The position numbers and the translations under genes were made by a program. The notes beneath the pieces are model-generated. The model was given only the letters and a program-made list of their open reading frames with translations, had not been told where the DNA came from and did no database searches. From the NCBI GenBank assembly GCA_044356215.1, contig JBIKWQ010000004.1:16205-80204 (forward strand): a DNA stretch of 64,000 nt. The letters run 5' to 3'. Shown here piece after piece: positions 1 through 11,965 of this stretch (position 1 is its first letter; the number at the start of each line of letters is the position of its first letter). The stretch comes from Bdellovibrionota bacterium (GTDB lineage Bacteria > Bdellovibrionota_C > UBA2361 > OMII01).

Positions 1-173
<173 letters not shown>

Positions 174-219
174 AAGCGTAAGCTGGTTGGAAGCTTTTTG
201 AGTTTGGAGTTCAAGGATC

Positions 220-2313
220 GTGGCTAAGAAGGATTTAAGTAAGGTTCGTAACATCGGCATCATGGCCCACATTGATGCCGGTAAGACGACTACTACCGAG
301 CGCGTGCTTTTTTACACCGGGATCAATTACAAGATCGGTGAGGTGCACGAGGGCGCGGCCACGATGGATTACATGGAGCTCGAGCAGGAGCGCGGTATTA
401 CTATTACTTCAGCCGCTACTACATGTAAGTGGAAGGGGTCCAACAGCGAGTTTCCAGAGCATCAGATTAACGTAATCGATACACCAGGCCATGTAGACTT
501 CACAATAGAAGTAGAGCGCAGCTTGCGCGTACTTGATGGCGCCGTTGCGGTATTCGATGCTGTAAGCGGTGTAGAGCCTCAGTCAGAGACCGTATGGCGA
601 CAGGCAAACAAGTTTAATGTTCCACGTTGCTGCTTCATTAATAAGATGGATCGCACCGGAGCTGACTTCCATGGAGGAGTTGCCTCTATTCGCGAGAAGC
701 TCGGAGCTAAGGCGGTGCCCATTCAGCTTCCAATCGGAGCCGAGAGTGAGTTCGCTGGTGTTATCGATCTCGTTGAGATGCGCGCGATCATCTACAAGGA
801 TGAGACAAAGGGCGCTAAGTTCGAGGTAGCTGACGTTCCAGCTGAGATGCGCGCCGAGGCAGAGAAAGCCCGCGAATTCCTTTTAGAGTGTGTGGCTGAG
901 GCTGACGATGCTCTTATGGAGAAGTATCTTCGTGGAGAAGCCCTCAGTGTAGCTGAGATTAAGTCTGGTCTTCGCAAGGGAACAATCGCGATGAACTTCT
1001 TCCCAGTACTCTGCGGAAGCGCGTTCAAGAACAAGGGCGTTCAGCCTTTGCTAGATGCGGTAGTTGAGTATTTACCGAGCCCATTAGACATTCCGGCCGT
1101 TAAGGGAACTGACCCAAACAGCAAAGGAGAGGTGGTCATCGAGCGTCAGGCAGATCCAGACGCTCCAGTAGCCGCGTTGGCTTTCAAGATCGTTACTGAC
1201 CCATATGTTGGTATCCTTACGTTCTTCCGCGTGTATTCAGGTACGGTAACAGCGGGAACTTCAATCCTTAACTCAACTCGCGGAAAGCGTGAGCGTGTCG
1301 GACGCGTAGTTCGCATGCATGCAGACAAGCGAGAGGAGGTAAAAGAGGTTGCAGCAGGTGATATCGGAGCAGCAGTGGGTCTTAAGGAGACGATCACGGG
1401 TGATACGCTCTGTTGTGAGAACAACCCGATCGTTTTAGAGAGTATCCACGCGCCAGCCCCAGTTATCAGCGTAGCGATCGAGCCTAAGACTAAATCCGAT
1501 GAGGAGAAGATGGGCTTATCGCTAATGAAGTTAGCGAAAGAGGATCCATCTCTTAAATTGAGTGTTGATAAAGAGTCCGGACAGACGATCATCTCAGGAA
1601 TGGGAGAGCTGCACCTTGATATCATCAAGCAGCGCCTCTTCCGCGAGTTCGGAGTCGATTCTACTGTAGGTAAGCCGCAGGTGGCTTACCGCGAGACTAT
1701 TCTTAATAAGGCTGAGGCCGAGTGCAAGTACGCTAAGCAGACCGGTGGTCGCGGACAGTACGGTCACGTACTTCTACGTGTAGAGCCGCTTGAGGCTGGC
1801 AAAGGATTTGAGTTTGTTGATGAGATTAAGGGAGGCGTCATCCCGAAGGAGTACATACCAGCTGTCGAAGACGGAGTAGTCGAGGCCCTCGAAGGGGGTA
1901 TCTTGGCTGGATTCCCAGTTATCGATATGCGTGTGACACTTTACTTCGGAAGCTTCCATGAAGTTGACTCGAGTGAGATCGCCTTCAAGATCGCTGGCTC
2001 CATGTGTGTTAAGGATGCTTGCAAGAAGGCGAAGTTACAACTACTTGAGCCGATCATGTCGGTTGAGGTGGTGTGTCCCGATGATTTTATCAGCAACATC
2101 GTGGGTGACCTGAACCGACGACGCGCAAGAATTCTTGGCATGGAGCCGAGAGCTGGCGCGCAGACGGTGAAGTGTGAGGTTCCTCTGGCCGAGATGTTCG
2201 GCTACTCGACGGATCTCCGCTCAAACTCACAGGGGCGAGCCACCTTTACTATGGAGTATCACCACTACGCTGCCGTGCCGACACACGTCATGGAGAGTAT
2301 GGTGAATAAGTGA
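220..2313 (+). CDS. fusA: Elongation factor G
   Basis: [26 protein letters not shown] and NKMD GTPase motifs; str operon position. Confidence 0.99.
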   Translation: MAKKDLSKVRNIGIMAHIDAGKTTTTERVLFYTGINYKIGEVHEGAATMDYMELEQERGITITSAATTCKWKGSNSEFPEHQINVIDTPGHVDFTIEVERSLRVLDGAVAVFDAVSGVEPQSETVWRQANKFNVPRCCFINKMDRTGADFHGGVASIREKLGAKAVPIQLPIGAESEFAGVIDLVEMRAIIYKDETKGAKFEVADVPAEMRAEAEKAREFLLECVAEADDALMEKYLRGEALSVAEIKSGLRKGTIAMNFFPVLCGSAFKNKGVQPLLDAVVEYLPSPLDIPAVKGTDPNSKGEVVIERQADPDAPVAALAFKIVTDPYVGILTFFRVYSGTVTAGTSILNSTRGKRERVGRVVRMHADKREEVKEVAAGDIGAAVGLKETITGDTLCCENNPIVLESIHAPAPVISVAIEPKTKSDEEKMGLSLMKLAKEDPSLKLSVDKESGQTIISGMGELHLDIIKQRLFREFGVDSTVGKPQVAYRETILNKAEAECKYAKQTGGRGQYGHVLLRVEPLEAGKGFEFVDEIKGGVIPKEYIPAVEDGVVEALEGGILAGFPVIDMRVTLYFGSFHEVDSSEIAFKIAGSMCVKDACKKAKLQLLEPIMSVEVVCPDDFISNIVGDLNRRRARILGMEPRAGAQTVKCEVPLAEMFGYSTDLRSNSQGRATFTMEYHHYAAVPTHVMESMVNK

Positions 2314-2349
2314 TGTTTTTAATGGTGTCCTAATTAACCGGAGAGAATA

Positions 2350-3546
2350 ATGTCTAACAAGAAATTTGATAGAACCAAACCACACGTTAACGTTGGTACT
2401 ATCGGTCACGTTGACCATGGTAAGACCACGACTACAGCCGCGCTCGTTGCCGTTCAAGCGGCTAAGGGCCTAGCGACTGTAAAGTCGTACAAGGATATCG
2501 CTAAGGGTGGAACCGTCCGTGACGATTCCAAGACCGTAACGATCGCCAGCGCCCACGTTGAGTACGAGACAGCTAACCGCCACTACGCTCACGTAGATTG
2601 CCCGGGCCACGCTGACTACGTAAAGAACATGATTACTGGAGCCGCTCAGATGGACGGCGCTATTCTAGTAGTAAGTGCCTCTGATGGTCCTATGCCTCAG
2701 ACTCGTGAGCACATCCTCTTGGCTCGCCAGGTAGGAGTTCCGAAGATCGTTGTGTTCCTAAATAAGGTTGACACAGTAGATGATCCTGAGTTGCTTGATC
2801 TCGTAGAGATGGAGGTTCGTGACCTTCTCTCTGAGTATGACTTCCCAGGTGCTGATACCCCAGTTATCCGCGGTAGCGCGCTCAAGGCGCTTCAGGGTGA
2901 GCAGAGCGATATCGGCGTAGGAGCTTTCGACAAGCTTCTCGCTACTATCGACGAGTACATCCCTGTACCACAGCGTGATATCGATAAGCCGTTCCTAATG
3001 CCAGTTGAGGATGTATTCTCAATCGCTGGTCGTGGAACAGTAGCTACAGGACGTATTGAGCGTGGTCGTATCAAGGTTGGTGAGGAAGTTGAGATCGTTG
3101 GTCTCCGCGACACAACCAAGACTATTGTTACGGGCGTTGAGATGTTCAAGAAGCTTCTCGATGAGGGACATGCTGGCGACAACGTTGGTTGTCTCCTCCG
3201 TGGTCTTAAGCGTGATGATGTTGAGCGTGGTCAGGTCCTTTGCGTGCCTGGCAGCGTAAAGCCGCACAAGAAGTTCAAGGCTGAGGCTTACATCCTTAAG
3301 AAGGAAGAGGGTGGACGTCATAAGCCATTCTTCTCCGGATACCGTCCACAGTTCTTCTTCAGAACAACAGACGTAACCGGTTCCATCAAGCTCCCAGACG
3401 GAGTTGAGATGGCGATGCCAGGCGATCATATCAACTTAGATGTTGAGCTGTATCAGCCAATCGGTATCGAGAAGACTCTCCGTTTCGCTATCCGTGAGGG
3501 TGGTAGGACGGTAGGTTCAGGTGTAGTTACCGACATCATCGAGTAG
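2350..3546 (+). CDS. tuf: Elongation factor Tu (non-canonical switch I region)
   Basis: [45 protein letters not shown]. Confidence 0.99.
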   Translation: MSNKKFDRTKPHVNVGTIGHVDHGKTTTTAALVAVQAAKGLATVKSYKDIAKGGTVRDDSKTVTIASAHVEYETANRHYAHVDCPGHADYVKNMITGAAQMDGAILVVSASDGPMPQTREHILLARQVGVPKIVVFLNKVDTVDDPELLDLVEMEVRDLLSEYDFPGADTPVIRGSALKALQGEQSDIGVGAFDKLLATIDEYIPVPQRDIDKPFLMPVEDVFSIAGRGTVATGRIERGRIKVGEEVEIVGLRDTTKTIVTGVEMFKKLLDEGHAGDNVGCLLRGLKRDDVERGQVLCVPGSVKPHKKFKAEAYILKKEEGGRHKPFFSGYRPQFFFRTTDVTGSIKLPDGVEMAMPGDHINLDVELYQPIGIEKTLRFAIREGGRTVGSGVVTDIIE

Positions 3547-3559
3547 TAATACCGATGCG

Positions 3560-3595
3560 AGCCGCGGCGGCTCTAAAATTCCGCCGCGGCTTTTT
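3560..3595 (+). terminator. Rho-independent terminator after tuf
   Basis: AGCCGCGGCGG-10 nt loop-CCGCCGCGGCT followed by a T run. Confidence 0.85.
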
Positions 3596-3660
3596 GATCT
3601 GTTTTAAACAAGGTTTTTTAGATCGCTGATTTTCTAAATTCGAAAGTGTGAGGGTGAGCC

Positions 3661-3975
<315 letters not shown>

Positions 3976-4017
3976 TAACGACGAATCGCTAAAGTTTAAA
4001 CGAGGGGGGACCTCTTC

Positions 4018-4683
4018 ATGACTACGTCAAAACATTATCCAGAAGGACTTCTAGGAAAGAAATTGGGAATGACCCAAGTCTTTACCCCAGAGGGCCAGAG
4101 TATCCCAGTTACGATTATCCAGGCTGGCCCGTGCTACGTGTTGGATGTTCGTGGACAGGATGTTCACGGCTACAACGCTGTGCAGTTCGGCTTCGAGCCA
4201 AAGAAAGGGCAGCGCTGCACTAAAGCGGAGCTAGGCCAGTTCAAGAAGGCCGCTCAGGGCGCTTTCTACCACGTTAAAGAGGTCCGCTGTGACGCGCAGG
4301 GGCTTGGCTGGAACGAGGTAGGCAAAGAAATTACCGTGTCCGATGTATTCAAGGACGGGGAGACAGTTGATGTTTCCGGTGTGTCGATAGGTCGCGGATT
4401 CCAGGGAGTTGTTCGCCGTCACGGAATGAAGGGACAGCCAATGACACGTGGTACTCACGAAGTTCGTCGTCACGTTGGAGCGATCGGTTGCCGTAAGTTC
4501 CCAGGACGTGTTTTTAAGGGACAGAGGATGCCGGGTCGCATGGGTGGTGAGAACGTAACTGTTCAGAACCTCATGGTGGTAGGTGTTCGTCCAGAAGAGA
4601 ATATAATCCTTATCAAGGGTGGTATACCTGGCGCTCGCGGAAGCTTAGTTGTGATCCGCAAGGCGATTAAGGGTGGGAAATAA
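4018..4683 (+). CDS. rplC: 50S ribosomal protein L3
   Basis: GKKLGMTQVF, GRGFQGVVRRHG, PGRVFKGQRMPGRMG; synteny. Confidence 0.98.
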   Translation: MTTSKHYPEGLLGKKLGMTQVFTPEGQSIPVTIIQAGPCYVLDVRGQDVHGYNAVQFGFEPKKGQRCTKAELGQFKKAAQGAFYHVKEVRCDAQGLGWNEVGKEITVSDVFKDGETVDVSGVSIGRGFQGVVRRHGMKGQPMTRGTHEVRRHVGAIGCRKFPGRVFKGQRMPGRMGGENVTVQNLMVVGVRPEENIILIKGGIPGARGSLVVIRKAIKGGK

Positions 4684-4706
4684 CAGGGGGCAGAGGAGGT
4701 ATTACT

Positions 4707-5372
4707 ATGACTTCTGATAAAGCAAACGCAAAGATTTATGACGCCGCAGGCAATGAGAAGGGCTCAGTAGCGCTCACCCCGGCTGTTTTTCAGGCTCAAG
4801 TTAAGGCTGAGCTAGTTCATGGGACAGTTCGCTGGCAGCGCGCTAAGCGCCGCGCCGGTACCCACGATGTTCTCACTCGTAGTGAGATGAAGGGAGGCGG
4901 CAAGAAACCTTTCAAGCAGAAGGGGACAGGTAACGCCCGTGCTGGATCGATCATCTCGCCTCTATGGGTTGGTGGAGCGATCGTTCACGGACCGACTCCG
5001 CGCAGCTATGAGTTCCGTATGTCGAAGAAGATGCGCCAAGGAGCTCTCCGTTCAGCTCTTTCAGCTAAGGCGTCTGAGGGTACTTTCCGCGTTCTCGAGT
5101 CTGTATCGGGAGCTACTGGTAAGACTAAAGATGCTGTGGCAATGCTTAAGAGCCTTGGTGTTTACGGTTCCAAGACCTTAGTAATCGTTCCAAACGTTGA
5201 GTCGGATGAGAAGGGCAAGTTCGTTTTGGGACTGAGGAATATTGAGAAGGTAACGGTTGTGCCGGTAGCTGGAGTTAACGTGTACGACCTAGTTAACAGC
5301 GCTAATGTAGTGTGTGTCCAAGCGGCTTTGGCCGAGCTTGAGGCGCGCGCTGGAGAGGCGGTTGCCGATTAG
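4707..5372 (+). CDS. rplD: 50S ribosomal protein L4
   Basis: GGGKKPFKQKGTGNARAGS, GGAIVHGPTPR. Confidence 0.98.
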   Translation: MTSDKANAKIYDAAGNEKGSVALTPAVFQAQVKAELVHGTVRWQRAKRRAGTHDVLTRSEMKGGGKKPFKQKGTGNARAGSIISPLWVGGAIVHGPTPRSYEFRMSKKMRQGALRSALSAKASEGTFRVLESVSGATGKTKDAVAMLKSLGVYGSKTLVIVPNVESDEKGKFVLGLRNIEKVTVVPVAGVNVYDLVNSANVVCVQAALAELEARAGEAVAD

Positions 5373-5406
5373 TTGTTTTTGAGGCGAGCTTAATAGAGGT
5401 ATAATT

Positions 5407-5733
5407 ATGGCTAATAAGAAGAATCAAACAGCCGCTGCAGCGAGTGTAAACGATTACGCTGTACTTCTTTCTCCTGTAATCAGCGAGAAGGGTGCTCTCG
5501 TCGGTGAGTCCGGAAGGGTGGTTACTCTCCGAGTTGACCCACGCGCTACCAAGGAGGATATCCGAGGAGCCGTTGAGAGAGTGTTCTCAGTGAAGGTGGA
5601 CGGTGTGAGAACCTGCACATTTCAAGGCAAGCTCAAGCGCACAGCGCGTGGGAGTGGCCGTCGTGCTGGTTACAAAAAGGCGTATGTCACTTTGGCCCAG
5701 GGAAGCAAGATTGACCTGGTAGAGGGACTTTAA
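5407..5733 (+). CDS. rplW: 50S ribosomal protein L23
   Basis: PVISEK, ATKEDIRGAVERVFSVKV, YKKAYVTL; synteny. Confidence 0.96.
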   Translation: MANKKNQTAAAASVNDYAVLLSPVISEKGALVGESGRVVTLRVDPRATKEDIRGAVERVFSVKVDGVRTCTFQGKLKRTARGSGRRAGYKKAYVTLAQGSKIDLVEGL

Positions 5734-5777
5734 TTTAGGGATTTGGTAAGGGCTTAAATCAAGTAAGAGGCTAAGCT

Positions 5778-6602
5778 ATGGCTGTTAAGAGTTTCAGACC
5801 AACAACACCGAGCCGTCGTTATCTGACGGTTTCGGATTTCTCGGAGATTACAACCGATAGGCCAGAGAAGGGCCTCTTGGCTAAGTACTCCAGCACCGGA
5901 GGACGTAATAACTACGGCCGTAACACCAACATCAACAAAGGTGGTGGTCACAAGCGTCGTTACCGTCTAATCGACTTTCGCCGTGATAAGGCAGGTATCA
6001 ACGGAACTGTTACATCAGTTGAGTACGATCCGAATCGTACTGCCCGTATCGCCTTGGTAACTTATACTGATGGAGAGAAGCGTTACATCTTAGCTCCTCA
6101 GGGTCTTTTTGTTGGCCAAGTCATTAGTGCTGGTCCAGACGCGGAGATTAAGCCAGGAAACGCGCTCCCGCTGAAGTCGATTCCTCTCGGAGAGAATATT
6201 CACAACGTTGAGCTAAAGATCAAAGGTGGCGCGCAGTTAGTGCGTTCCGCAGGAGCGGCTGCTCAGCTCGTGGCTAAGGAAGGTGATTACGCGACGGTAA
6301 AATTACCGTCCGGAGAGATGCGTAAGGTATCGGTTGAGTGCTATGCTTCAATCGGTTCAGTAAGCAATCCAGACCACCAGAACCGGGTGCTTGGTAAGGC
6401 GGGAAGGAGCCGTTGGCTTAACCGTCGTCCACACAATCGTGGAGTTACCAAGAACCCAGTTGACCATCCTATGGGTGGAGGAGAAGGAAAGTCCAAGGGT
6501 GGAAGACATCCATGTTCTCGTACAGGTCTGTTGGCGAAGGGTCTCAAGACTCGCACCAACAAGCGTACACAGAAGTTTATTGTTCGTAAGCGTACTAAGT
6601 AG
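5778..6602 (+). CDS. rplB: 50S ribosomal protein L2
   Basis: [37 protein letters not shown]. Confidence 0.99.
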   Translation: MAVKSFRPTTPSRRYLTVSDFSEITTDRPEKGLLAKYSSTGGRNNYGRNTNINKGGGHKRRYRLIDFRRDKAGINGTVTSVEYDPNRTARIALVTYTDGEKRYILAPQGLFVGQVISAGPDAEIKPGNALPLKSIPLGENIHNVELKIKGGAQLVRSAGAAAQLVAKEGDYATVKLPSGEMRKVSVECYASIGSVSNPDHQNRVLGKAGRSRWLNRRPHNRGVTKNPVDHPMGGGEGKSKGGRHPCSRTGLLAKGLKTRTNKRTQKFIVRKRTK

Positions 6603-6619
6603 TCGAGTAGGGGGAAGCT

Positions 6620-6889
6620 ATGGCTCGTTCCATTAAGAAGGGACCATTTGTAGATAACAGTTTGCTCAAGTGGATTGAGCGCGCTAAGTCGGGGGCTCAT
6701 AAGGGGCCAATCAAGACTTGGTCACGTCGCTCAACGATCACTCCGGATATGATCGGATTGACGTTCGCGGTCCACAACGGCAAGAAGTTCAACGCCGTGT
6801 TTGTTACCGAGAATATGATCGGGCACAAGTTGGGAGAGTTCTCCCCAACCCGAACATTCCACGGTCACTCAGCGAAGGCGGCGGCCTAG
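6620..6889 (+). CDS. rpsS: 30S ribosomal protein S19
   Basis: [31 protein letters not shown]. Confidence 0.99.
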   Translation: MARSIKKGPFVDNSLLKWIERAKSGAHKGPIKTWSRRSTITPDMIGLTFAVHNGKKFNAVFVTENMIGHKLGEFSPTRTFHGHSAKAAA

Positions 6890-6923
6890 TAAGTTTTTAG
6901 CGTGTAAGTGAAGGTCATTGGCT

Positions 6924-7295
6924 ATGGCTAAGAAGACAAAAAATCAGGGAAGCAATAATAGCGAGGTAGCGACAGCTACGTTGCGTCACATCAGGATGTC
7001 GCCTCGCAAGGCTCGTCTGGTTGTAGATTTAATCCGTGGAAAACAGGTTGAGCCAGCTTTGGCTATCCTGAAGTTCTCTCCTAAGAAGGGTGCTAAGTTG
7101 GCTCTAAAGCTGTTGCAGTCGGCGATCGCTAACGCTAGGGAGCAGCAGCGCGCGGATGTTGATACTCTTTGGGTTACTAAGAGTTGGGTAGACGAGGGGC
7201 GTACTCTTAAGCGTTATATGCCTGCAGCTCACGGTCGCGCTAATCCGATTCGTAAGCGTTCGTCGCACATGACGATTGTGGTCGGTGAGAAATAA
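6924..7295 (+). CDS. rplV: 50S ribosomal protein L22
   Basis: [31 protein letters not shown] at 6924 chosen as start. Confidence 0.97.
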   Translation: MAKKTKNQGSNNSEVATATLRHIRMSPRKARLVVDLIRGKQVEPALAILKFSPKKGAKLALKLLQSAIANAREQQRADVDTLWVTKSWVDEGRTLKRYMPAAHGRANPIRKRSSHMTIVVGEK

Positions 7296-7318
7296 GTTTT
7301 TAGGAAGGGAGTTCTGTT

Positions 7319-7981
7319 ATGGGACAAAAAGTTAGTCCACGCGGTTTGCGATTAGGTATCATCGAGGGCTGGAGATCAAAGTGGTTCGCCTCTAAGGATA
7401 TCGCCAAGTACATCGGCGAGGATGTTAAGATCCGTAAGTTCGTCAAGGATAAGTTGCATGCCGCTGGTATCGCTAAAGTGGAGATCGAGCGTGCTGCAGC
7501 CCGTGTTAAGGTAAATATCTATACCGCTAAGCCCGGTTTGGTAATCGGTAAGAAGGGCAAGGACATTGAGGATCTTCGAAAGGACCTTAAGAACCTTGTT
7601 AAGCGCGATGTAAACTTGAGTATCATTGAGGCTCGCAAGGCTGATATGGACGCTCAGTTAGTAGCTGAAGGGATCGCTTTTCAGCTAGAGCGTCGTGTTA
7701 ACTTCCGTCGCGCTATGAAGGACGCGGTTGGAAGAGCTCAGCGTGTAGGAGCAGAGGGAATCAAGATCCGTGTTTCTGGTCGTTTGAATGGAGCGGAGAT
7801 CGCTCGTACTGAGGCGACTAAAGAGGGACGTGTCCCACTTCATACTTTACGTGCTGATATTGATTACGGTTTCGCTGAGGCGAGCACAACGTACGGTATC
7901 ATCGGCGTTAAAGTTTGGGTCTTCAAAGGTGAGAAGTTCGCCCCAGGTGAGGAGCCTGCGGGAGAGGCTATTCAGATGTAA
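7319..7981 (+). CDS. rpsC: 30S ribosomal protein S3
   Basis: [38 protein letters not shown]. Confidence 0.99.
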   Translation: MGQKVSPRGLRLGIIEGWRSKWFASKDIAKYIGEDVKIRKFVKDKLHAAGIAKVEIERAAARVKVNIYTAKPGLVIGKKGKDIEDLRKDLKNLVKRDVNLSIIEARKADMDAQLVAEGIAFQLERRVNFRRAMKDAVGRAQRVGAEGIKIRVSGRLNGAEIARTEATKEGRVPLHTLRADIDYGFAEASTTYGIIGVKVWVFKGEKFAPGEEPAGEAIQM

Positions 7982-8017
7982 GGTCGGATCGGCCACAAAG
8001 AGTATTCGGAGTAGAGT

Positions 8018-8443
8018 ATGTTACAGCCAAAGAAACCACGTTATCGCAAGCAGATGAAGCTTTACCGTCACCTTAAGATTAAGGAGACGCGAGGATGCAC
8101 ACTTGAGTTCGGTGAGTTCGGCCTCCGCGCTATGGAAGCTGGATGGATTACCAATCGTCAGATCGAGGCAGCTCGTCAGACGATGGTTCGTCACCTCAAG
8201 CGTGGCGGAAAGGTCTGGATCAAGGTCTTCCCGGATAAGCCACTTACCAAGAAGCCTGCTGAAGTGCGTATGGGTAAGGGAAAGGGTTCCGTGGAGACTT
8301 GGGTAGCTGAGGTTAAGTCTGGGCGTCTGATGTACGAGGTTACGGGGGTTGCCGAGAAGATAGCAGTTGAGGCTTTGGAGTTGGCGGCCGCTAAGCTGCC
8401 GATAAAGACTAAGGTAGTAATCCGTAGCAGCACCTTGATTTAA
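8018..8443 (+). CDS. rplP: 50S ribosomal protein L16
   Basis: [22 protein letters not shown]. Confidence 0.98.
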   Translation: MLQPKKPRYRKQMKLYRHLKIKETRGCTLEFGEFGLRAMEAGWITNRQIEAARQTMVRHLKRGGKVWIKVFPDKPLTKKPAEVRMGKGKGSVETWVAEVKSGRLMYEVTGVAEKIAVEALELAAAKLPIKTKVVIRSSTLI

Positions 8444-8550
8444 AGCCGAGAAACCGGCATATTGCGGCCTCGTTTTTGTAAAAGCAGGCGGCGAGATAGT
8501 CGATTAGTGCTTGGTGCATGATTACGAACAGAAAGAAGTAGGTAAGAGTT

Positions 8551-8760
8551 ATGAAGCGCAAGGATTTTCTAAAGGAAATCAACGGTTTGGATGCGGTGGC
8601 GCTCCAAGAGAAGGCGAATAAGTTGGCTGAGGAGCAGATGCGCCTACGCTTTAAGCAAGCGTCAAAGCAGCTGGACAAGTCTCACCTTCTTAAGAGCAAC
8701 AGGAAGGAGTTAGCTCGGGTGCAGACAGCTCTGACCCAAAAAAAGAGCAAAGCCGCGTAG
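8551..8760 (+). CDS. rpmC: 50S ribosomal protein L29
   Basis: LRFKQASKQL...RKELARVQT; lies between rplP and rpsQ. Confidence 0.92.
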   Translation: MKRKDFLKEINGLDAVALQEKANKLAEEQMRLRFKQASKQLDKSHLLKSNRKELARVQTALTQKKSKAA

Positions 8761-8830
8761 TTGTGGAGTTTGCTTAAGAAACTAAGTATTTAGATAATGA
8801 GTGCGGTAATTAGGTAGTGCGAGAAGCTTT

Positions 8831-9151
8831 ATGGCAGAGACAAAGAAAGAGGCAGTAAAAGCCAAGTCAGAGCAAACGGAGGCATCAACAGACGCCACGA
8901 CTAGAGGTTTGCGGAAGACCCAGGACGGTATCGTTGTGAGCAGCAAGATGGACAAGACGATCGTTGTATCGGTCGTTAGGCAGGTTCGTCACTCGACGTA
9001 CGGAAAGTTCGTTCGTAGGACTAAGAAGTTCTACGCTCACGATGAGTCAAACCAGTGTGGAATTGGTGACCGTGTGCGGATCGTTGAAGCGAGGCCGCTG
9101 AGCAAGTTGAAGAGGTGGAAGTTAGAGTCCGTTCTCAAGAAGGCTGAGTAA
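8831..9151 (+). CDS. rpsQ: 30S ribosomal protein S17
   Basis: [27 protein letters not shown]. Confidence 0.97.
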   Translation: MAETKKEAVKAKSEQTEASTDATTRGLRKTQDGIVVSSKMDKTIVVSVVRQVRHSTYGKFVRRTKKFYAHDESNQCGIGDRVRIVEARPLSKLKRWKLESVLKKAE

Positions 9152-9180
9152 CGGGTAAATTTTATTAGGCGGTACAGGTT

Positions 9181-9549
9181 ATGATTCAGCTTAAATCTTT
9201 GCTCGAGGTAGCGGATAACTCGGGCGCTAGAAAAGTTATTTGCGTTAAGGTGCTCGGCGGTAGCCGTCGTCGGTACGCGAGTGTTGGCGATGTCGTGGTG
9301 GTAGCGGTTCGTGAGGCGACTCCGAATTCTAAGATCGCCAAGGGGTCAGTTCACAAGGCGGTGGTTGTTCGGACAGCCAAAGAGGTTAGTCGTGAAGATG
9401 GGTCTTACATCCGCTTCGACGATAACAGCGTGGTTTTGATCGATGATTCTTCAGAGCCGAAAGGTACTCGTATCTTCGGCCCAGTAGCTCGTGAGCTACG
9501 TGGTAAGAAGTTCATGAAGATCGTTTCGTTGGCTCCGGAAGTTCTGTAG
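9181..9549 (+). CDS. rplN: 50S ribosomal protein L14
   Basis: [30 protein letters not shown]. Confidence 0.99.
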   Translation: MIQLKSLLEVADNSGARKVICVKVLGGSRRRYASVGDVVVVAVREATPNSKIAKGSVHKAVVVRTAKEVSREDGSYIRFDDNSVVLIDDSSEPKGTRIFGPVARELRGKKFMKIVSLAPEVL

Positions 9550-9567
9550 TAGGTGAGGAGGTAAGTC

Positions 9568-9963
9568 GTGGCTGCTAAGAAAGCAAAGAAGCAAGAGGTT
9601 AAGAAGGTTCCTACCTTCCTCAAGAAGGGTGACCCGGTGATGGTTATCGCTGGTGGAAACAAGAACAAGAGGGCGATCAAGGGCCAGGTGTCGAAGATCA
9701 AGGCGATTGTTGGCGATAAGTGCGACAGGGTAATCCTTGATGGCTTGAACCTGTTTACACGCCATAAGCGCGCCACAGCTCCAGGAGAGCAGGGCGGCAA
9801 GATTCAAGTTGAGAGGTCTGTTCACATCTCGAACGTAATGTATTACGTCGAGGCGCTGAAGCGTCCTGTTCGTTTAGTGAAGGATGTAACCGCTGACGGC
9901 AAGCGTGTTCGTGGTTACAGAGATCCGAAGAGTGACAAGTTCGTCCAGCTTGAGGCGAAGTAG
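9568..9963 (+). CDS. rplX: 50S ribosomal protein L24
   Basis: [14 protein letters not shown] motif, VHISNV; synteny. Confidence 0.95.
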   Translation: MAAKKAKKQEVKKVPTFLKKGDPVMVIAGGNKNKRAIKGQVSKIKAIVGDKCDRVILDGLNLFTRHKRATAPGEQGGKIQVERSVHISNVMYYVEALKRPVRLVKDVTADGKRVRGYRDPKSDKFVQLEAK

Positions 9964-9970
9964 AGGTAAT

Positions 9971-10513
9971 ATGAATCGTTTATCTGAGCATTACACACAG
10001 GTAGTAGTACCAGCTTTGATGAAGAAGTTTAACTACTCTTCACCGATGCAGGTTCCAAAAATTGAGAAGATAGTCTTGAACACTGGAGTTCGCGACGCTG
10101 TCAACAACTCAAAGGCTATTCAGTTTGTTGAGTACGCGATGAATCGCATCAGCGGCCAGAAGCCAGTGGTGACACGAGCTAAGAAGTCCATTGCGGCTTT
10201 CAAGTTGCGTGAGGGGCTTCCGATCGGAGTTATGGTAACGATGCGCAAGCGTCGCATGTATGACTTCTTGGATCGGTTTGTTTCAGTAGTGTTGCCGCGA
10301 GTGCGTGACTTCCGGGGTGTGCCTCGTAAGGGATTCGATGGTCGTGGTAACTACACGATGGGACTTAAGGAGCAGATCGTATTTCCGGAGGTTGAGATCG
10401 ATAAGCTCGACCAGATTCGTGGATTGGATATCACCTTCGTCACTTCGGCGAAATCGGACGAAGAGGGTTTCGAGTTATTAGAGTTAATGGGAATGCCATT
10501 CCGTAAGAATTAA
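9971..10513 (+). CDS. rplE: 50S ribosomal protein L5
   Basis: [33 protein letters not shown] 9971 follows GAGG SD. Confidence 0.98.
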   Translation: MNRLSEHYTQVVVPALMKKFNYSSPMQVPKIEKIVLNTGVRDAVNNSKAIQFVEYAMNRISGQKPVVTRAKKSIAAFKLREGLPIGVMVTMRKRRMYDFLDRFVSVVLPRVRDFRGVPRKGFDGRGNYTMGLKEQIVFPEVEIDKLDQIRGLDITFVTSAKSDEEGFELLELMGMPFRKN

Positions 10514-10527
10514 TCGAGGTAGGTGTT

Positions 10528-10926
10528 ATGATAAACGATCACGTGTCAGATATGATCACCCGGATCAGAAACGGTCAACGTGCTGGTCACAGATCAGTGT
10601 TGGTGACCTCTTCTAAGATGAATAAGAGCATCTTAGAGGTGCTAAAGCGCGAGGGGTTGATCGAGGGATTTGAGGGAGCCGAGGATGCTAACAAGCGATC
10701 AGCTCTAAGAGTAGGTCTGAAGTACTACACAAGTGGTAAGCCGATGATCTCGCGCGTTGAGCGCGTATCAAAGCCTGGCTGCAGGAAGTATTTCGAAGTT
10801 GAGAGCTTGCCGAAGGTTAGCAGCGGTCTTGGAATCGCAATCGTGTCTACCTCCAAAGGAGTTATGACGGATAACGAGGCTCGCAGAAGCAAGGTCGGTG
10901 GAGAGGTTATAGCTCTAGTTGGATAG
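10528..10926 (+). CDS. rpsH: 30S ribosomal protein S8
   Basis: DMITRIRN, RVSKPG, GLGIAIVSTSKGVMTD. Confidence 0.98.
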   Translation: MINDHVSDMITRIRNGQRAGHRSVLVTSSKMNKSILEVLKREGLIEGFEGAEDANKRSALRVGLKYYTSGKPMISRVERVSKPGCRKYFEVESLPKVSSGLGIAIVSTSKGVMTDNEARRSKVGGEVIALVG

Positions 10927-10974
10927 AGTTTTTTCGCGATGAGAGTCGCGTCTTGATTTGTTAAGAGGTGTCGT

Positions 10975-11511
10975 ATGTCACGTATCGGAAAGTTGCCAGT
11001 AGCGCTTCCACAAGGGGTTAAGGGCGCGGTTTCGGGCTCTGTAGTGTCAGTAGAGGGCCCTAAGGGTAAGCTATCTTACAATGTAAGGCCTGGGGTGAAA
11101 GTTGAGCTTAATGACGGCAAGTTCGCTGTTTCATTGGTTGGAACTGATGCTCAATCGAAAGCTGATTACGGAACAACACGCGCTACGATCAACAACATGG
11201 TCAAGGGCGTTAGTACCGGATGGAAGAAGAGCCTTGAGCTCAACGGAGTAGGTTACGTCGCGAAGTTGCAAGGCAAGAATCTTGTTCTTAGTGTTGGTTT
11301 CTCACACGATGTCACGATGGTGATTCCTGACGCGGTGAAATGCACAGTAGGTAAGAACGTAATCGACCTCGAGTCAAATGACCGTGAGGTCTTGGGAACG
11401 TTCGCGGCTAAGGTGCGTGATGTTCAGCCTCCAGAGCCTTACTTGGGTAAGGGTATCAAGTACTCAGATGAGAAGGTTCGTCGTAAGGCTGGTAAGACAG
11501 GTAAGAAGTAA
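10975..11511 (+). CDS. rplF: 50S ribosomal protein L6
   Basis: MSRIGKLP, GPKGKL, PPEPYLGKGIKY. Confidence 0.98.
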   Translation: MSRIGKLPVALPQGVKGAVSGSVVSVEGPKGKLSYNVRPGVKVELNDGKFAVSLVGTDAQSKADYGTTRATINNMVKGVSTGWKKSLELNGVGYVAKLQGKNLVLSVGFSHDVTMVIPDAVKCTVGKNVIDLESNDREVLGTFAAKVRDVQPPEPYLGKGIKYSDEKVRRKAGKTGKK

Positions 11512-11547
11512 TAGGTAGCTTAAGAAGCAGTTAGGAGTGGGGGCCGT

Positions 11548-11955
11548 ATGGCAACGCAAGGTAAGAAGATAGCAAAGACAGCTAGAGCAAAGAGGAAGTT
11601 AAGAATTCGCCAGAAGGTCGAGGGCAGCGCCCAGAAGCCTCGCTTGAGCATTTTCCGCAGTTCGAAGCACACCTATGCACAGGTGATCGCGGATGATGGT
11701 CACAAGACATTAGCGAGCGCCTCAACCCTAGATAAGGATGTGCAGGCTAAGGTGGCCAGTCTCGTTAAGGGGCAAGATGGAGCTAAGGGCAGCACAAAGT
11801 CCGTTAGCGCGGCGCGCGCGGTGGGAATGGTGCTAGCGGAGCGCGCTAAAGCGGCTCAGGTATCTCAGGTTGTATTCGATCGCAATGGTTTCCTTTACGC
11901 GGGACGTGTTAAGGCGCTTGCTGATGGGGCTCGTGAGGGTGGTTTGAATTTTTAA
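11548..11955 (+). CDS. rplR: 50S ribosomal protein L18
   Basis: [36 protein letters not shown]. Confidence 0.97.
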   Translation: MATQGKKIAKTARAKRKLRIRQKVEGSAQKPRLSIFRSSKHTYAQVIADDGHKTLASASTLDKDVQAKVASLVKGQDGAKGSTKSVSAARAVGMVLAERAKAAQVSQVVFDRNGFLYAGRVKALADGAREGGLNF

Positions 11956-11965
11956 TCGGTGGTGT

